This document shows, in pieces, positions 63,469-64,000 of a stretch of 64,000 nt of DNA. Position 1 is the first letter of the stretch; each line of letters opens with the position of its first letter. The notes under the pieces are model-generated. The model saw only the letters and a program-made list of their open reading frames with translations, made no database searches and had not been told where the DNA came from. The DNA lies in assembly GCA_965223005.1 (NCBI GenBank), contig CBDCVK010000010.1, forward strand, positions 736,001-800,000. Reading direction: 5' to 3'. Position numbers and translations under genes: made by a program. Source of the stretch: Terriglobia bacterium. Lineage in GTDB: Bacteria > Acidobacteriota > Terriglobia > JAJPHL01 > JAPKYU01.

Positions 63469-63524
63469 ATCCGGTGCCGTTACCCGGCACTCAGCCCCGG
63501 TACCCGCAGATGTAGCGCCGGACC

Positions 63525-64000
63525 CTACTTGCCGCCAAAGATTTCCCGGAACGCTTCCGCCAAGTCGCGAAGCGCGCTCTCCCCATCGCCTTCAAAGCTG
63601 GACCCGTGCATGATGGCGAGTTTCGTGGGCTTCAGGGCGGCCAGCTTTTGAAATATCTTGTCGGTGTAGTGAGTGTAGGGGGCGTAGTCGGCGAGAAAGC
63701 CCGCCTGGTACTCCTTCATCGCCTCGCGCGATCGCCCCACCACGTCGGACCTCGTCAGAGGCTCGACTTTGCCCACCTGATGGAACAGGTCCGAGCATAG
63801 CAACGTCTTCGTTGTTTCCTCAAACAGCAAGGCGGCGTCCCAGCCGTGGGGCAGGTGCGGCGTCCGGCATAGGCGAAAGCGGCGCTTTCCGGTGGGCAAC
63901 ACTTCTCCCTCGGTCATCCCCCGGGGTGGCCGGATCGAGAAGTCAGTCAGACTTACCGCTGCCCCCAGATCGCTGCAGACGGGTTGGGCCTTGGGGGCTA
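63525..64000 (-). CDS. MBL-fold di-iron protein (ODP/FprA-like), 5' end beyond window
   Basis: [28 protein letters not shown]; frame is open to the window edge. Confidence 0.85.
   Translation of the reverse strand, partial: APKAQPVCSDLGAAVSLTDFSIRPPRGMTEGEVLPTGKRRFRLCRTPHLPHGWDAALLFEETTKTLLCSDLFHQVGKVEPLTRSDVVGRSREAMKEYQAGFLADYAPYTHYTDKIFQKLAALKPTKLAIMHGSSFEGDGESALRDLAEAFREIFGGK

Overview
GC-rich bacterial chromosome segment that spans the replication origin, most likely from an Acidobacteriota member (inferred from the Cys-rich RpoB insertion, the dnaK-dnaJ-hspR arrangement and the protein families present). Left end: a minus-strand core cluster, tRNA-Thr/Gly/Thr/Tyr - tuf - rpmG - tRNA-Trp - secE - nusG - rplK - rplA - rplJ - rplL - rpoB (runs off the window). 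Middle: M23 peptidase, thiL, dnaK-dnaJ-hspR, a degenerate REC-GGDEF gene facing a PilZ gene, assorted enzymes, mnmG-rsmG-(parS)-parA-parB, purD-purE, a frameshifted GH16-FN3 gene, ruvX-mltG, thiE, a large TPR protein and an HDAC-family gene. Right: dnaN-oriC-dnaA, rpmH-rnpA-yidD-yidC-jag-mnmE, an AsmA-family gene, an ABC transporter, and a DUF3179 gene with an in-frame UGA. I saw no mobile elements, prophage or CRISPR array, and no clearly novel multi-gene system. Best second-look items: (1) a probable DUF3179 selenoprotein (W-U-P-L-A with a SECIS-like hairpin), (2) an EF-Tu with a reciprocal Asn/Ser swap in the G4/G5 guanine-binding motifs (SKVD, GNAV), (3) an uncalled CTG-start CxxC gene, (4) a probably inactive GGDEF with intact I-site next to PilZ.
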